A stretch of DNA of 64,000 nucleotides from Fibrobacteria bacterium AD312 (lineage in GTDB: Bacteria > Fibrobacterota > Fibrobacteria > Fibrobacterales > Fibrobacteraceae): assembly GCA_001462345.1 (NCBI GenBank), contig LIUM01000047.1:975-64974 (forward strand). The letters are read 5' to 3'. Shown here piece after piece: positions 47,091 to 57,660 of the stretch (positions within the stretch are counted from its first letter, which is position 1; each line of letters opens with the position of its first letter). The notes under the pieces are model-generated. The model was not told where the DNA came from. It saw only the letters and a list, made by a program, of their open reading frames with translations, and made no database searches. The translations under genes were made by a program, and so were the position numbers.

Positions 47091-47753
47091 TTGAATGATG
47101 CTATAATTGTAAAAACAGCCTTTAATTATGATGCCGTAGTCATTTGGATGCATGGTTTAGGTGCCGATGGGCATGATTTTGAAGATGTGATTCCTTCGTT
47201 GTCTTTACCAGAGAAATTAAAAATCAAATTCATCTTTCCAAACGCTCCCATTGTACCAGTGACTATTAATAATGGATACAAAATGCGTGCCTGGTATGAT
47301 ATTAAAACAATGGATTTAGCACTTGAACCTGATATAAAAGGGATTCAATCTAGTGCTGAATTTATATCTACATGGGTAGAGCGTGAGATAGGAGAAGAAG
47401 TGGCTCCTTCGCGAATTTTGCTTGCGGGATTTAGCCAAGGTGGGGTCATTGCTCTAGAATTGGGCCTCCGTTTTCCTAAGAGACTTGGCGGTATTATCGC
47501 TTTATCAACTTACTCTCCGACGATCTCTCTTTTGCATTCAGAAAAAAGTGAGGCGAATCAGAAAACGCCTATCTTTTGGGGTCATGGATCAGAGGATAAT
47601 GTGGTTCCTCTTGATTACGGAAAAAGATCTTCTGATGCTTTAAAAGCACAAGGGTATTCTGTCTATTTTCATGAATATCCTCTTTTACCTCATTCTGTTT
47701 CTTTACCTGAAATTAAAGATATAGGCGCTTTTATCGTAAAGGTGCTCTCTTAA
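47091..47753 (+). CDS. carboxylesterase/phospholipase family alpha/beta hydrolase
   Basis: The nucleophile elbow GFSQGG and the Abhydrolase_2 pattern are present. Confidence 0.7.
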   Translation: MNDAIIVKTAFNYDAVVIWMHGLGADGHDFEDVIPSLSLPEKLKIKFIFPNAPIVPVTINNGYKMRAWYDIKTMDLALEPDIKGIQSSAEFISTWVEREIGEEVAPSRILLAGFSQGGVIALELGLRFPKRLGGIIALSTYSPTISLLHSEKSEANQKTPIFWGHGSEDNVVPLDYGKRSSDALKAQGYSVYFHEYPLLPHSVSLPEIKDIGAFIVKVLS

Positions 47754-48316
47754 TGCGTTTTGCTGTAGTGGATTTAGAAACTACAGGTGGACAACCTAAA
47801 GAGGATCGAATCATTGAGATTGGAATTGTTTTAATAGATGGAGATCAAATCGTTAAAACATATGAGAGTTTAGTTTATCCTGGTCGCTTTATTCCTCCTT
47901 TTGTTCAGAATTTGACAGGTATTTTTCCTGAAATGGTGGAGTCCTCGCCTCCTTTTATGGAGCTTGCTGAGACGGTTTTTGAGTTAATTGAAGGTCGTGT
48001 TTTTGTAGCTCATAATGCTCCCTTTGATTTTGGGTTTCTTAAAGTGGAATTAGGGCGCGCTTGCTGTAAGTGGGATCCACCTCGTTTATGTACGGTTAAG
48101 CTTGCTCGTAAAGTGTTTCCTGGGTTCCCAAGCTATAGTTTACATTCTCTAATACAATCTTTAGGCTGTGAAGATTTTAAGCACCACCGCGCTTTAGGAG
48201 ATGCTATTGCTGCAGCGGAAATATTGAAATTAGCGCTAGGAAAAGTGGGTGAAAGCGGCGTTTTAAAAGAAATTAAAAATTTGTCGGCTTCAAAAGTCCG
48301 GAATTATATTTCATAA
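47753..48316 (+). CDS. DnaQ-like 3'-5' exonuclease (DEDDh)
   Basis: Exo I (VVDLETTG), Exo II (AHNAPFDFGFL) and Exo III (HRALGDA) motifs are present. The ATG overlaps the upstream stop as TAATG. Confidence 0.75.
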   Translation: MRFAVVDLETTGGQPKEDRIIEIGIVLIDGDQIVKTYESLVYPGRFIPPFVQNLTGIFPEMVESSPPFMELAETVFELIEGRVFVAHNAPFDFGFLKVELGRACCKWDPPRLCTVKLARKVFPGFPSYSLHSLIQSLGCEDFKHHRALGDAIAAAEILKLALGKVGESGVLKEIKNLSASKVRNYIS

Positions 48317-49442
48317 GAATAATCTTAAGTGCTGATTCTTCAATTTGCTTGCGATATTTCGCATTTTTCTTCGCTAGTCTTTCTAAATAGTGAATCATTT
48401 CTACTGCTTTAGCAGGGTAAGTGATCATAAACATATCGTTCCCTGCTTGGAGCGTTTTTAAAATTAGTTTTTGAAAATCGGCTTTAGGATAGTTTTTCCT
48501 TTTGAGATTTTCTCTCTTGCTAATCCATGATCTTAGAGAGGTTCCCCATAAATCATCAGTTAGAATAATCGTTTTAGGATGAAGGGCTTTTGCTTGTGCC
48601 ACTATCTTTTTTTCAAAAACAGCTGGGGCATCAGAAACTTTTCTAAATCGAACGCTAGACATCATAATGAAAGGAATATCTTCAACAAGCATCTTAAATG
48701 GAAGGATGTTTCTTTCGATTGTTTCTTTAGGAGCAGAACTCATTGCAATTTGATGGTCACTATTAGTCCAGCTATCATAACCAGGGAAGTGTTTACTGAC
48801 GCAAAATACGTTTGATTTAGCAAGGCCTGTGACAAAAGCCCTTACTTTTTCAACGTTTGTAGAATCCAAATTGCCCCAAGATCGATCGCTCTCTTCAATA
48901 AATGTTTTTTTTCCTCGATGATCTGTGGCTGGATCTAGTACAGGAGCTAAATTTAAGTTGATTCCAAGACTTGCTAAGGCTTCTCCTGTGATTCTTGCCA
49001 CGGAATCAATGGATTCGATAGACCATGATCTCATTGTTTTGGCACTAGGTAATGGATTCCATTTGGGATCGACATTGGCTAAACGATTGACAAAGCCACC
49101 TTCTTGATCTGTGGCGACAAGGAGTGGAATTTTTAGATTTTGGTTGGCTTTAGAAAGAGATTCTTTTAATCGATTGGTATCCTTAAGATGAGGCTTCATT
49201 ATAAGGACTGCTCCAAATTGATGTGTAATGATATAGTCCTCTGGAGGCATATAAACCATGATCATTTGAGCGATTTTTTCTTTTAATGTAAGCGAGTCCC
49301 ATAAGGGAAGAATTTCTTCAGGAATGTCAAGAGTATTATTCAGGGTTCCTGCAGAGGTGATACTGAATTGAAATAAAAAAAACAACAGAAAAATTTTCTG
49401 GAAAAAAGAATTCTTAGTTGTGTCTTTTAGAAAATGAGACAT
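48273..49442 (-). CDS. glycoside hydrolase family 3 (NagZ-like beta-N-acetylhexosaminidase)
   Basis: The GH3 N-terminal domain carries the KHFPGYD…D…H catalytic region. A signal peptide is present. Confidence 0.65.
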   Translation of the reverse strand: MSHFLKDTTKNSFFQKIFLLFFLFQFSITSAGTLNNTLDIPEEILPLWDSLTLKEKIAQMIMVYMPPEDYIITHQFGAVLIMKPHLKDTNRLKESLSKANQNLKIPLLVATDQEGGFVNRLANVDPKWNPLPSAKTMRSWSIESIDSVARITGEALASLGINLNLAPVLDPATDHRGKKTFIEESDRSWGNLDSTNVEKVRAFVTGLAKSNVFCVSKHFPGYDSWTNSDHQIAMSSAPKETIERNILPFKMLVEDIPFIMMSSVRFRKVSDAPAVFEKKIVAQAKALHPKTIILTDDLWGTSLRSWISKRENLKRKNYPKADFQKLILKTLQAGNDMFMITYPAKAVEMIHYLERLAKKNAKYRKQIEESALKIILMKYNSGLLKPTNF

Positions 49443-49478
49443 AGCTTTTTTTTTAAGAACCTTTTAGGAGCTTTTTAG

Positions 49479-51962
49479 TTAATCATCATTAGAACTATCA
49501 CTTGCTTTTGTTGTTTTTTTTCTAACAAATGTTTTTTTTGCAGAAGCAACTCGAGGAGGAAATTCAAATTTGATTTTTCCATTTTTATCAAGAGTTAAAT
49601 AGGCATCAAAAAGACGTTTTGTTTTTGCAGAACGGAATCCTTGTATAAGTTCGCTTTTTTCTCCAGCGAGCATTTTTTTGATGTTCTCAATAGAAATTTC
49701 TTTTCCAAGAATTATTTTGCTTAGTCTAAAGCCCGTTTTTTCTTTTTGTAAAGCACTTTCAGAAATATAAGCGGTGAGAGAATCAAATACAGGGCTTTGG
49801 TCTATAGGAGAAATGCCGATTTGTTCCCCTACCTCCACATCATTATCTGCATTGTCAAAGAAAAATTCCACTTTATTCTTATCATTAATTGTAATTACAG
49901 CAGAGAAGGGGGCACCACGTTTGGATCTGAATCCAGAAAGAGGCCCTATTTTTCTTTTTAACAATAACGTTTGGACCTCTTCTTCATTGATGAGTCGGCC
50001 ACCGAGCATTTTTCGAATCATAATGCCGTCTTCTGTTTCGTAACGAGAGACGGAATCAAATACGCGAATCCCATTCACTGGACTAAAGGAGGCTTCTTTT
50101 TTGGTGTCTTCTTCCTTAAAAGATTTAATGGAGGAAACAATTTGTTGAGTAAGTCCAATAATCCCCTTCATAAAGGATTCTCTAGATTCTTCGCCCTTTT
50201 CAATCAGCCCAAGTTGATGTTCCCATTCGCCAGTGAGTTCTGCTGAAGTTAGAGGCTCAATATTCATCGCTGAAAGTAGACGAATTAAATCAAAAGCCTT
50301 GCTTGTGGGTACAAGTTCTTTTCCGTCGCGAATCACATATTTATCGGTAATTAATTTTTCAATAATCGCTGCTCTAGTGGCTGGCGTACCAAGACCTCGG
50401 TCTTTAAGAGCATCTCGCAAATCATCATCTTCCACAAGCTTACCTGCGCTTTCCATAAGAGAAAGCAACGAACTTTCTGTGTAGCGAGCGGCGGGTTTTG
50501 TGACTTCTTGATTCACTTTTAATTCGATGGTTTTAGCTTCGTTTGTTTTCCCTAAAGGAGGAAGAGTTTGTTCCGCATCGGCATCTTTTCCATAAACGGC
50601 TTTGAAACCAGGATCTTCAAGGACTTTCCCTTCGGTGATAAATGATTCGCCTTCAATAAGGGTAATTCTTGTGGTATTTAAATACTTTGCTGGAGGAAAA
50701 AATACGCTAATGAAACGTTGGCTAATAAGAGTAAATATTTTTTGTTCGGCTTCAGATAAATTCTTTGGCACATTCCCTGTAGGGATAATGGCATGATGGT
50801 CTGAAATATTCTTATTGTTAAATATTTTAGGGTCTTTTTTAACCCAATTATTTTTCAAAACATTTTGTGCATGAACAGCTAAAGATCCAGTAATGGATTC
50901 GAGTACTTTCTTGACTGTACTAATATAGTCTTCAGGAAGACATTTGCTGTCTGTTCTAGGGTATGTTGTTAGCTTATGACGCTCGTAAAGAGCTTGTGCA
51001 ATTTGTAAAGTCGTTTTTGCAGAAAAACCAAAGCGATTATTGGCTTCTCTTTGTAGGGTGGTCAAGTCATATAGGGGAGGACTTTTCTGTGAAGACGGTT
51101 TTGTGGTCTCTGTAACCGTTCCTGTTTTCTTTTCACATTTTTTAACAATGGCTTCGGCAGTCCCTTGCTCCCATAATTTTTGAATGGTTTCTTTGCCTTC
51201 TGTACGGAACCATTTTCCTTCGTATTCTTGATTATTGTTCTTGAAAAGGCCAAGGATGGTCCAGTAGTCTTGAGGTACAAACGCATTGCGCTCATCTTCT
51301 CTTTTGACAATCATTGCGAGTGTTGGTGTCTGAACCCGACCACAAGGAGTGAGTTGAAAACCACCAAAGCTACTTTTATAAGCTGTTAAACCACGGGAAC
51401 CGTTAATCCCAATAAGCCAGTCCGCTTCAGAACGACTAATGGCTGCATCTTGAAGTTTTTGCATTTCTTCTGAAGTACGAAGATTCTCAAAAGCTTCTTT
51501 GATTGCTGAAGTGGTCATACTTTGCATCCAAAGACGCTTAATCTCTTTGTTTTTAAGACCCGTTTTCCCTTTTTCGTGCTCTATAATATAATGAAAGATA
51601 AGTTCACCTTCTCGGCCCGCATCACAAGCATTAATAATCGTGGAAACGTCTTTATTTCGTATGAGTTTACCTAAAGCGGTAAGTTGACTTTTCGTTTCAG
51701 GAATAGGCATAATAACAAATTGGTCTGGGATAATAGGTAGGGTACTCATATCCCAAGATTTATATGCATCATCCATGTTTTTAGGGTCGGCAATCGTTAC
51801 AAGGTGACCAATAGCCCAAGACACAATGGTTGTGTCGCTTTCAAAATGGGTCTTTTCTTTTTTGAAGTTTTTAGCTCCGAGGGCTTTTACTAAGTCAGCG
51901 GCTACACTTGGTTTTTCGGCAATAATAAGGGTTAATTTAGATTTTTCCGTTTTTTTATTCAT
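49479..51962 (-). CDS. topA: DNA topoisomerase I
   Basis: An N-terminal Toprim (LIIAEKPSVA) and a type IA core are present (…TTLQREAN…, 827 aa). Confidence 0.9.
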   Translation of the reverse strand: MNKKTEKSKLTLIIAEKPSVAADLVKALGAKNFKKEKTHFESDTTIVSWAIGHLVTIADPKNMDDAYKSWDMSTLPIIPDQFVIMPIPETKSQLTALGKLIRNKDVSTIINACDAGREGELIFHYIIEHEKGKTGLKNKEIKRLWMQSMTTSAIKEAFENLRTSEEMQKLQDAAISRSEADWLIGINGSRGLTAYKSSFGGFQLTPCGRVQTPTLAMIVKREDERNAFVPQDYWTILGLFKNNNQEYEGKWFRTEGKETIQKLWEQGTAEAIVKKCEKKTGTVTETTKPSSQKSPPLYDLTTLQREANNRFGFSAKTTLQIAQALYERHKLTTYPRTDSKCLPEDYISTVKKVLESITGSLAVHAQNVLKNNWVKKDPKIFNNKNISDHHAIIPTGNVPKNLSEAEQKIFTLISQRFISVFFPPAKYLNTTRITLIEGESFITEGKVLEDPGFKAVYGKDADAEQTLPPLGKTNEAKTIELKVNQEVTKPAARYTESSLLSLMESAGKLVEDDDLRDALKDRGLGTPATRAAIIEKLITDKYVIRDGKELVPTSKAFDLIRLLSAMNIEPLTSAELTGEWEHQLGLIEKGEESRESFMKGIIGLTQQIVSSIKSFKEEDTKKEASFSPVNGIRVFDSVSRYETEDGIMIRKMLGGRLINEEEVQTLLLKRKIGPLSGFRSKRGAPFSAVITINDKNKVEFFFDNADNDVEVGEQIGISPIDQSPVFDSLTAYISESALQKEKTGFRLSKIILGKEISIENIKKMLAGEKSELIQGFRSAKTKRLFDAYLTLDKNGKIKFEFPPRVASAKKTFVRKKTTKASDSSNDD

Positions 51963-52990
51963 TAGAGTAGAGAACCTTGTTTTTTCATTCGGAGAAAACG
52001 ATAAAGGGATAATAAGCTGCTTATGGTGATAAGCGGAGCTTGTAATAACTCAAAAAGCAAAAAAGATTTCCAGGAAATGGGGGTACCTGAGATTTTCATG
52101 CCGCGAATTATAAATAAAAAGTCCATATATAATTTTAAAAACCATGTAAATAAGATGGTAAAAAAAAGCTCAATGCTAAAAAAAACGAAAAAAACAGAGA
52201 TACTTAAATAGATAAAGAACGCTTTTATGAAGAAGGGAGTACTTTTTTGTGCAGTATTAATAGTCTGTTTAATGGAAGGAACTGATTTTTGTGAAAGACT
52301 TTTTTCTAAGATGGAATGCGTGTTATTTGTCGTTTGGATTCGACCAGGTTTATTAAAAACTGGTTTGAAGTTCGAAATTAAAAAGGATTTTAAGAAAGCG
52401 ATGTTGTCTGTGGGGATTAATAAGTCTTTTTGTTGGATAATCTTTGCCATGTTACTTATGTCTAAAAATGACTTAGAGAAGGTAATGCTTTTTTGAATCC
52501 AATTTTCTTTAGAAAAAGCATATCGAACGGGTGCTTTAACTATTTCAATGCCTGGCTCAAATTCCCTAATTATAGAGTTCAACCATTCTGAAGAGATAAC
52601 ATCTTCATTATCAATAGAGCAGATGATTTCTCCTTCGGCCATAGAGGCAATTGTTTTTAGAATATCGATTTTATTCAAAGAAGAGGTGTCATTGATTTGA
52701 AGAAACTGTATTTTTGAATGCGTTTCAATAATTTTAGACTCTTTTCCAACGATCCAAATATCAAAAGAAGCTTTATAATTCTGTTTTAAGAGTTGTTCTA
52801 TAGTACTAGAAATAAAACAAGAGGAACGAAAAAAAACAACAATGCTTACCTTCGGAAGGGGCTCTGTTATAGAAAGGTGTTTTTGGATCTTTTTTAAACT
52901 TAAAAAAGAGATCATTTGTTCTATAGAATAATAAGCAGAGCCTATTATCAATAAAAAAATCAAGAAATAGAATAATATAGATAGAGTCAT
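51962..52990 (-). CDS. membrane-anchored glycosyltransferase-like protein (family 2-like)
   Basis: An N-terminal TM segment is followed by VSIVV…DNED-type GT-A hints and C-terminal TM helices. The assignment is weak. Confidence 0.3.
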   Translation of the reverse strand: MTLSILFYFLIFLLIIGSAYYSIEQMISFLSLKKIQKHLSITEPLPKVSIVVFFRSSCFISSTIEQLLKQNYKASFDIWIVGKESKIIETHSKIQFLQINDTSSLNKIDILKTIASMAEGEIICSIDNEDVISSEWLNSIIREFEPGIEIVKAPVRYAFSKENWIQKSITFSKSFLDISNMAKIIQQKDLLIPTDNIAFLKSFLISNFKPVFNKPGRIQTTNNTHSILEKSLSQKSVPSIKQTINTAQKSTPFFIKAFFIYLSISVFFVFFSIELFFTILFTWFLKLYMDFLFIIRGMKISGTPISWKSFLLFELLQAPLITISSLLSLYRFLRMKKQGSLL

Positions 52991-53109
52991 TTCGATGAAA
53001 ATTTAATTCAAGAATTAATGAATAAACTTTTTTTTCTCTTTTTAAGGACAAAAATAAAAAAAAGACGAGATTTCTAATATTTATAGGGCTTTTAAAGGGA
53101 TCATCAATA

Positions 53110-53670
53110 TTGACAACTGTCTTTAGACCTTGTATATTTGCCCTTACCTTGAAAATAGAAATATTACAAACCATGGTAGAACCTGTCACAAAGACAATTT
53201 TGTGGGATCGTTCTGCCAATTCTGCTTTATTTGATGAGCTTCATCTAGTAGGAGATCTTTCTGCTCAGGTGTTAATTAGTCCAGAAGGTAAGGATAAATG
53301 GCTTGTAACGGGTTCTCTTTCTGGGGTTCAACTTTTGACTTGCGTTCGTTCGCTTGAGCAATTTAATAGACCTTTTGAAACCGATCTGGCGATAGAGGTT
53401 GAAAGAACTCAACGTGTGGCAAAACAAGAGACGAACGATGAAGATGAAGAAGTCTTTACGATTTCCATTCCTGTCGTTCAAACTGAAGTAGATATTTCTG
53501 AGTGTGTTCGGCAATTAGTTTTGCTCCAAGAACCACTCAACCCGATGAAAAATCCAGATGAAGATTTCATCTACACCGCAACGGATCCTTCCGAAGAGCC
53601 TGTAGAAGATCTACGCTGGGAAAAACTGAAAGCGCTAAAGCGCAAAATGGAAAATTCGAACAGGAGTTAA
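53110..53670 (+). CDS. yceD: YceD/DUF177 family protein
   Basis: A CxxC…CxxC acidic protein lies immediately upstream of rpmF, which is the conserved yceD-rpmF-plsX arrangement. Confidence 0.65.
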   Translation: MTTVFRPCIFALTLKIEILQTMVEPVTKTILWDRSANSALFDELHLVGDLSAQVLISPEGKDKWLVTGSLSGVQLLTCVRSLEQFNRPFETDLAIEVERTQRVAKQETNDEDEEVFTISIPVVQTEVDISECVRQLVLLQEPLNPMKNPDEDFIYTATDPSEEPVEDLRWEKLKALKRKMENSNRS

Positions 53671-53855
53671 TGATGGCTGTTCCAAAGAGAAAAACCTCGA
53701 CCGCCCGCCGCGACAAACGTCGCACCCATTGGAAAATGGAAGTCCCTGCAATGGCTACATGTGATCATTGCGGTGCTGTTAAGCGTCCACATCGTGTTTG
53801 CCCCGTTTGTGGGTATTACAAAGGGGTCGAAGTAGTTCGCCCTGAAGTCGCATAA
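53670..53855 (+). CDS. rpmF: 50S ribosomal protein L32 (zinc-ribbon form)
   Basis: The N-terminus is [17 protein letters not shown], followed by CDHCG…CPVCG. Confidence 0.85.
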   Translation: MMAVPKRKTSTARRDKRRTHWKMEVPAMATCDHCGAVKRPHRVCPVCGYYKGVEVVRPEVA

Positions 53856-53874
53856 AATTATGTAGGAGAAACCT

Positions 53875-54846
53875 ATGATACGCATTGCCCTTGATGCCCT
53901 TGGTGGAGATTATGCTCCAGATATGGTGATAGATGGAGCTGTTCGCGCCGTCAAAGCCAATGAAGGTAAATTTCAAGTCGTTCTTTGTGGCCCTAAAACA
54001 GAGGTCGAAGAAGGATTAAAGAAACTAGGATACAACGGCGATGCCATATCAGTGGTAGATGCTCCGGATTTTGTGGCCATGGATGAACACCCGACTGAGG
54101 TGCTTCGCAAGAAGCCTAATTCGGGTTTAGTCACTTGTGTTGGCTTACAAAAGAAAGGGTTAGTTCAAGCTAGTGTTAGTGCTGGTAATTCAGGCGCCAT
54201 GATGGCATCTTGCCTTATGTTACTCGGTCGCTCTAGTGAAAATTTTGCTCGTCCACCAATTGGTTGTGCTATTCCAACAGGTAAGAATCGAGCTGTACTA
54301 GTGGATGCTGGTGCTAACGTGGATGAAAAAGCATCTGTGTTGGTTGATTTTGCAATTGCAGGATCAGTGTTTGCTGAATGTTATTTAGGTTATGAAAAAC
54401 CTAAAGTGGCTTTACTGAATATGGGAGAAGAAGAAAAGAAAGGTCCCGCCGTTATTCAGGAAGCTTATCAATTATTAAAAAATTCATCATTGAATTTTAT
54501 CGGTAATGTGGAAGGGAGAGATTTAATTGCTGGTGAAGCGGATGTCGTTGTTTGTTCTGGATATACAGGAAACGTAGTTCTAAAAATGTTAGAAGGTTTT
54601 TACGAATTACATCAAGAACTTTTTGGTACTATTGATACTCCTGCTGGTCATCGCTTTGCCCAAATGTGGGATTACCGTTCCACTGGAGGCGCTTTGCTTT
54701 TAGGCTTGAATGGCACAGGTATTATTGCTCATGGACGTTCTGACGCCAAAGCGATAGAACAAGCTGTGATTGCTGCTTATCAATATGCTGAAAGTAAAGT
54801 GGCTGAAAAAGTTGGCCAAAAACTCGCTGAATATAAGCAATCTTGA
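53875..54846 (+). CDS. plsX: phosphate acyltransferase PlsX
   Basis: The product is conserved with PlsX across its full length (MIRIALDALGGDYAP…). Confidence 0.9.
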   Translation: MIRIALDALGGDYAPDMVIDGAVRAVKANEGKFQVVLCGPKTEVEEGLKKLGYNGDAISVVDAPDFVAMDEHPTEVLRKKPNSGLVTCVGLQKKGLVQASVSAGNSGAMMASCLMLLGRSSENFARPPIGCAIPTGKNRAVLVDAGANVDEKASVLVDFAIAGSVFAECYLGYEKPKVALLNMGEEEKKGPAVIQEAYQLLKNSSLNFIGNVEGRDLIAGEADVVVCSGYTGNVVLKMLEGFYELHQELFGTIDTPAGHRFAQMWDYRSTGGALLLGLNGTGIIAHGRSDAKAIEQAVIAAYQYAESKVAEKVGQKLAEYKQS

Positions 54847-54879
54847 TAATTCTATCACATTCATTCTTGTAGGATTTTT

Positions 54880-55800
54880 ATGTCAAAAAACATTTTTTTA
54901 TTCCCAGGACAGGGAGCCCAGTATATTGGTATGGGGTCATCTCTTGCACAAAATTTTGAACCTGCAAAAAAGATGCTTGAATACGCAGACGAAATTTTAG
55001 GTTTTTCTCTTTCCAAAATTATGGTAGAAGGGCCAGAAGAAGTTTTAAAAAGTACCGATAATACACAGCCTGCTCTTTTTGTTACTTCTATGATGGTAAT
55101 GGAATTATTGATTTCCGAGGGGATTACTTGTGATATGGTAGCTGGTCATTCTTTAGGAGAATATTCAGCTATTTGTGCTGCTGGTGGTTTAAGTTTTGAA
55201 GATGGCTTGCGTTTAGTTCGTAAACGTGGCGAATTAATGGCTACAGCAGGCTCTCGTTCTCCAGGAAAAATGGCCGCCATCGTCGGTGCCGAAGATTCTG
55301 TTGTCGAAGCCCTTTGTGCTGAAGCTTCCATTAAGGGAATTGTAATTCCTGCTAATTTTAATTGCCCTGGTCAAGTGGTGGCATCTGGAAGTGTGGAAGG
55401 AATTAATGCACTTGTGGAATTATGCGAAGCAAGTTCTATTAAAGTCGTTGTTCTTCCTGTATCTGGAGCATTCCATAGTCCTTTAATGCAATTTGCAGTA
55501 GACGGTCTTGTAGAAGCTATTTCTAAAGTGAAATTTTCTGATTTGAAATACCCTTTAATTGCGAATGTGACGGCAGAGCCTATCGTTGATGGGGCTCTAT
55601 TACCAGATCTTTTAGCTCGTCAGATTGTTAGCCCTGTTCGCTGGGGTGCTTCCATGCAAAAAGCAATTTCTCTTGGCGTTACTTCTGGTGTAGAAGTTGG
55701 TGCTGGCAAAGTTCTTATGGGTTTGATGAGAAAAATAGATCGTAACATCAAAATTGTTCCTGTTGAAAACATCGCAGATCTTGCACCATTAAAAGGATAA
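54880..55800 (+). CDS. fabD: malonyl-CoA:ACP transacylase
   Basis: The GHSLGEYSA active site is present. Confidence 0.9.
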   Translation: MSKNIFLFPGQGAQYIGMGSSLAQNFEPAKKMLEYADEILGFSLSKIMVEGPEEVLKSTDNTQPALFVTSMMVMELLISEGITCDMVAGHSLGEYSAICAAGGLSFEDGLRLVRKRGELMATAGSRSPGKMAAIVGAEDSVVEALCAEASIKGIVIPANFNCPGQVVASGSVEGINALVELCEASSIKVVVLPVSGAFHSPLMQFAVDGLVEAISKVKFSDLKYPLIANVTAEPIVDGALLPDLLARQIVSPVRWGASMQKAISLGVTSGVEVGAGKVLMGLMRKIDRNIKIVPVENIADLAPLKG

Positions 55801-55802
55801 TT

Positions 55803-56543
55803 ATGATTAACCTAAAAGAGAAAACAGCTGTAGTTACTGGCGCTTCACGAGGTATAGGGTTAGAAATAGCTCGCGTTTTAGCTTCTCGCGGTGCTAGTAT
55901 TGCGATGATTGCTACGAAAGAAAACAAAGAATTGGCTTCTTCATTAGAGGCTGAATTTAATGTTAAGGTAGTGTCGTATGCTTGCGATGTTTCTTCTTCA
56001 GAAATGGTAGAATCTACTTTTAAAAATATTATTGAATCGTTTGGTGCGATTGATATCTTAGTCAATAATGCAGGTATTACAAGAGACGGTCTCTTGATGC
56101 GTATGAAAGACGAAGATTTTGATGATGTATTACGTATAAATTTGCGTTCTGTTTTCATTTGTACAAAAGCGGTGGCTCGTCATATGATGGGACGTCGTCA
56201 AGGACGCATCATTAATATGGCTAGTATCAATGGAATTAGAACTCAAGCAGGTCAAGCAAATTATGCTGCTTCTAAAGCAGGCGTTATTGGAATTACAAAA
56301 TCAAACTCAATGGAATTTGCCGCTCGTGGTATAACAGTGAATGCTGTTGCGCCTGGTTTTATTCAAACGGATATGACCGCGAAATTGAACGAAGATACAA
56401 TAAATAAATTTAAAGAAAGTATCCCTGTAAAAGATCTTGGAAAACCAGCAGATGTGGCGAATTTAGTTGCTTTTTTGGCTTCTGATGAAGCTCGTTATAT
56501 CACTGGTCAAATTATTGGTGTAGATGGTGGGTTGAACGCTTAA
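55803..56543 (+). CDS. fabG: 3-oxoacyl-ACP reductase
   Basis: The SDR motifs TGASRGIG and YAASKAG are present. Confidence 0.9.
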   Translation: MINLKEKTAVVTGASRGIGLEIARVLASRGASIAMIATKENKELASSLEAEFNVKVVSYACDVSSSEMVESTFKNIIESFGAIDILVNNAGITRDGLLMRMKDEDFDDVLRINLRSVFICTKAVARHMMGRRQGRIINMASINGIRTQAGQANYAASKAGVIGITKSNSMEFAARGITVNAVAPGFIQTDMTAKLNEDTINKFKESIPVKDLGKPADVANLVAFLASDEARYITGQIIGVDGGLNA

Positions 56544-56588
56544 TAATTATTACTAAATTTATCTCAAACCTTATAATGGAGTTATAAA

Positions 56589-56831
56589 ATGAACGAAGAA
56601 CTTATTAAAAAAGTCACAGACGTAGTTGTTGAAAAGCTTGGTGTTAAAGCTGAAGACGTTACTCTTGATTCTACTTTTGTGAACGATCTTGGTGCAGATT
56701 CCTTGGATCGCGTTGAGCTAGTCATGGCTCTTGAAGACGAATTTGATCTAGAGATTATGGATTCTGACTCAGAAAAGTTTATTAAAGTTTCTGACGTGGT
56801 TTCCTTTATTGAAAGCAAGAAGAACGCTTAA
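56589..56831 (+). CDS. acpP: acyl carrier protein
   Basis: The phosphopantetheine site DLGADSLD is present. Confidence 0.9.
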   Translation: MNEELIKKVTDVVVEKLGVKAEDVTLDSTFVNDLGADSLDRVELVMALEDEFDLEIMDSDSEKFIKVSDVVSFIESKKNA

Positions 56832-56870
56832 TTATAGTTCTAATTGTTTTTGACTGAAAATCAGTAAATG

Positions 56871-56897
56871 AAGGCAACCTTAGGTTGCCTTTTTTTA
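56871..56897 (+). terminator. rho-independent terminator after acpP
   Basis: The hairpin aaggcaacc-tta-ggttgcctt is followed by T7. Confidence 0.65.
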
Positions 56898-56910
56898 TGG
56901 GGGTTAATTT

Positions 56911-57660
56911 TTGAAAAAAAGAACAAATGTGATTCGAAAAATAATGCGACTCTGGTTTCGCCACAAGTCTGGAGACGGGCTTGAGGCAAAGCTTGGGTAT
57001 CGTTTTAAGGATCCAGCATTATTAGCTCATGCATTAGTGCATCGGTCTTGGATTGCTGGAAAGGATATTCCTTATACAGAAAATAATGAACGCTTAGAGT
57101 TTTTAGGTGATTCTATTTTAAATATGCTTGTAACAGAGTATCTATATGAAAAATTTCCTGATGCTCCAGAAGGGCAGATGTCTAAATGTAAAAGCGCCGT
57201 TGTTTCTGGCCATGCTTTAGCCCAAACTTCTGTATTATGGGATTTAGGAAATTACCTTCGAATTGGTAAAGGCGAAGCCCGCATGGGTGGTCGGAATAAA
57301 GAAAATATTTTGGCTGACGCTTTTGAAGCGATTCTTGGCGCCGTTTACTTAGATGGGGGGCTTGATCGTGTAAGAGATATTCTGGTGCGATTCCATTTCC
57401 CTCGTATTGAGTCGATTGTGGAAGGGGGAGACTTTGTCAATCATAAGAGTGCTCTTCTGGAGGTTATGCAATCAAAATCAAAGCCTCTTCCTGAGTACAA
57501 AGTAGTTCGAGAATCTGGGCCCGAACATCATAAAATTTTTGATGTCGAAGTTCTTTTAGATGGAGTTGTCTATGGATGTGGAAGCGGCATCTCTAAAAAG
57601 AAGGCCGAACAAGAAGCCGCTGGCGCCGCTCTTGCATTATTAGAAAAGGAAAAAAAATGA
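56911..57660 (+). CDS. rnc: ribonuclease III
   Basis: The RNase III signature ERLEFLGDSIL and a C-terminal dsRBD are present. Confidence 0.85.
   Translation: MKKRTNVIRKIMRLWFRHKSGDGLEAKLGYRFKDPALLAHALVHRSWIAGKDIPYTENNERLEFLGDSILNMLVTEYLYEKFPDAPEGQMSKCKSAVVSGHALAQTSVLWDLGNYLRIGKGEARMGGRNKENILADAFEAILGAVYLDGGLDRVRDILVRFHFPRIESIVEGGDFVNHKSALLEVMQSKSKPLPEYKVVRESGPEHHKIFDVEVLLDGVVYGCGSGISKKKAEQEAAGAALALLEKEKK

Noticed and set aside
52227-52496. An 89-aa plus-strand ORF opposite the glycosyltransferase-like gene.
   Set aside because: It lies inside a longer minus-strand membrane-protein ORF that forms an operon overlap with topA. It has no independent support.
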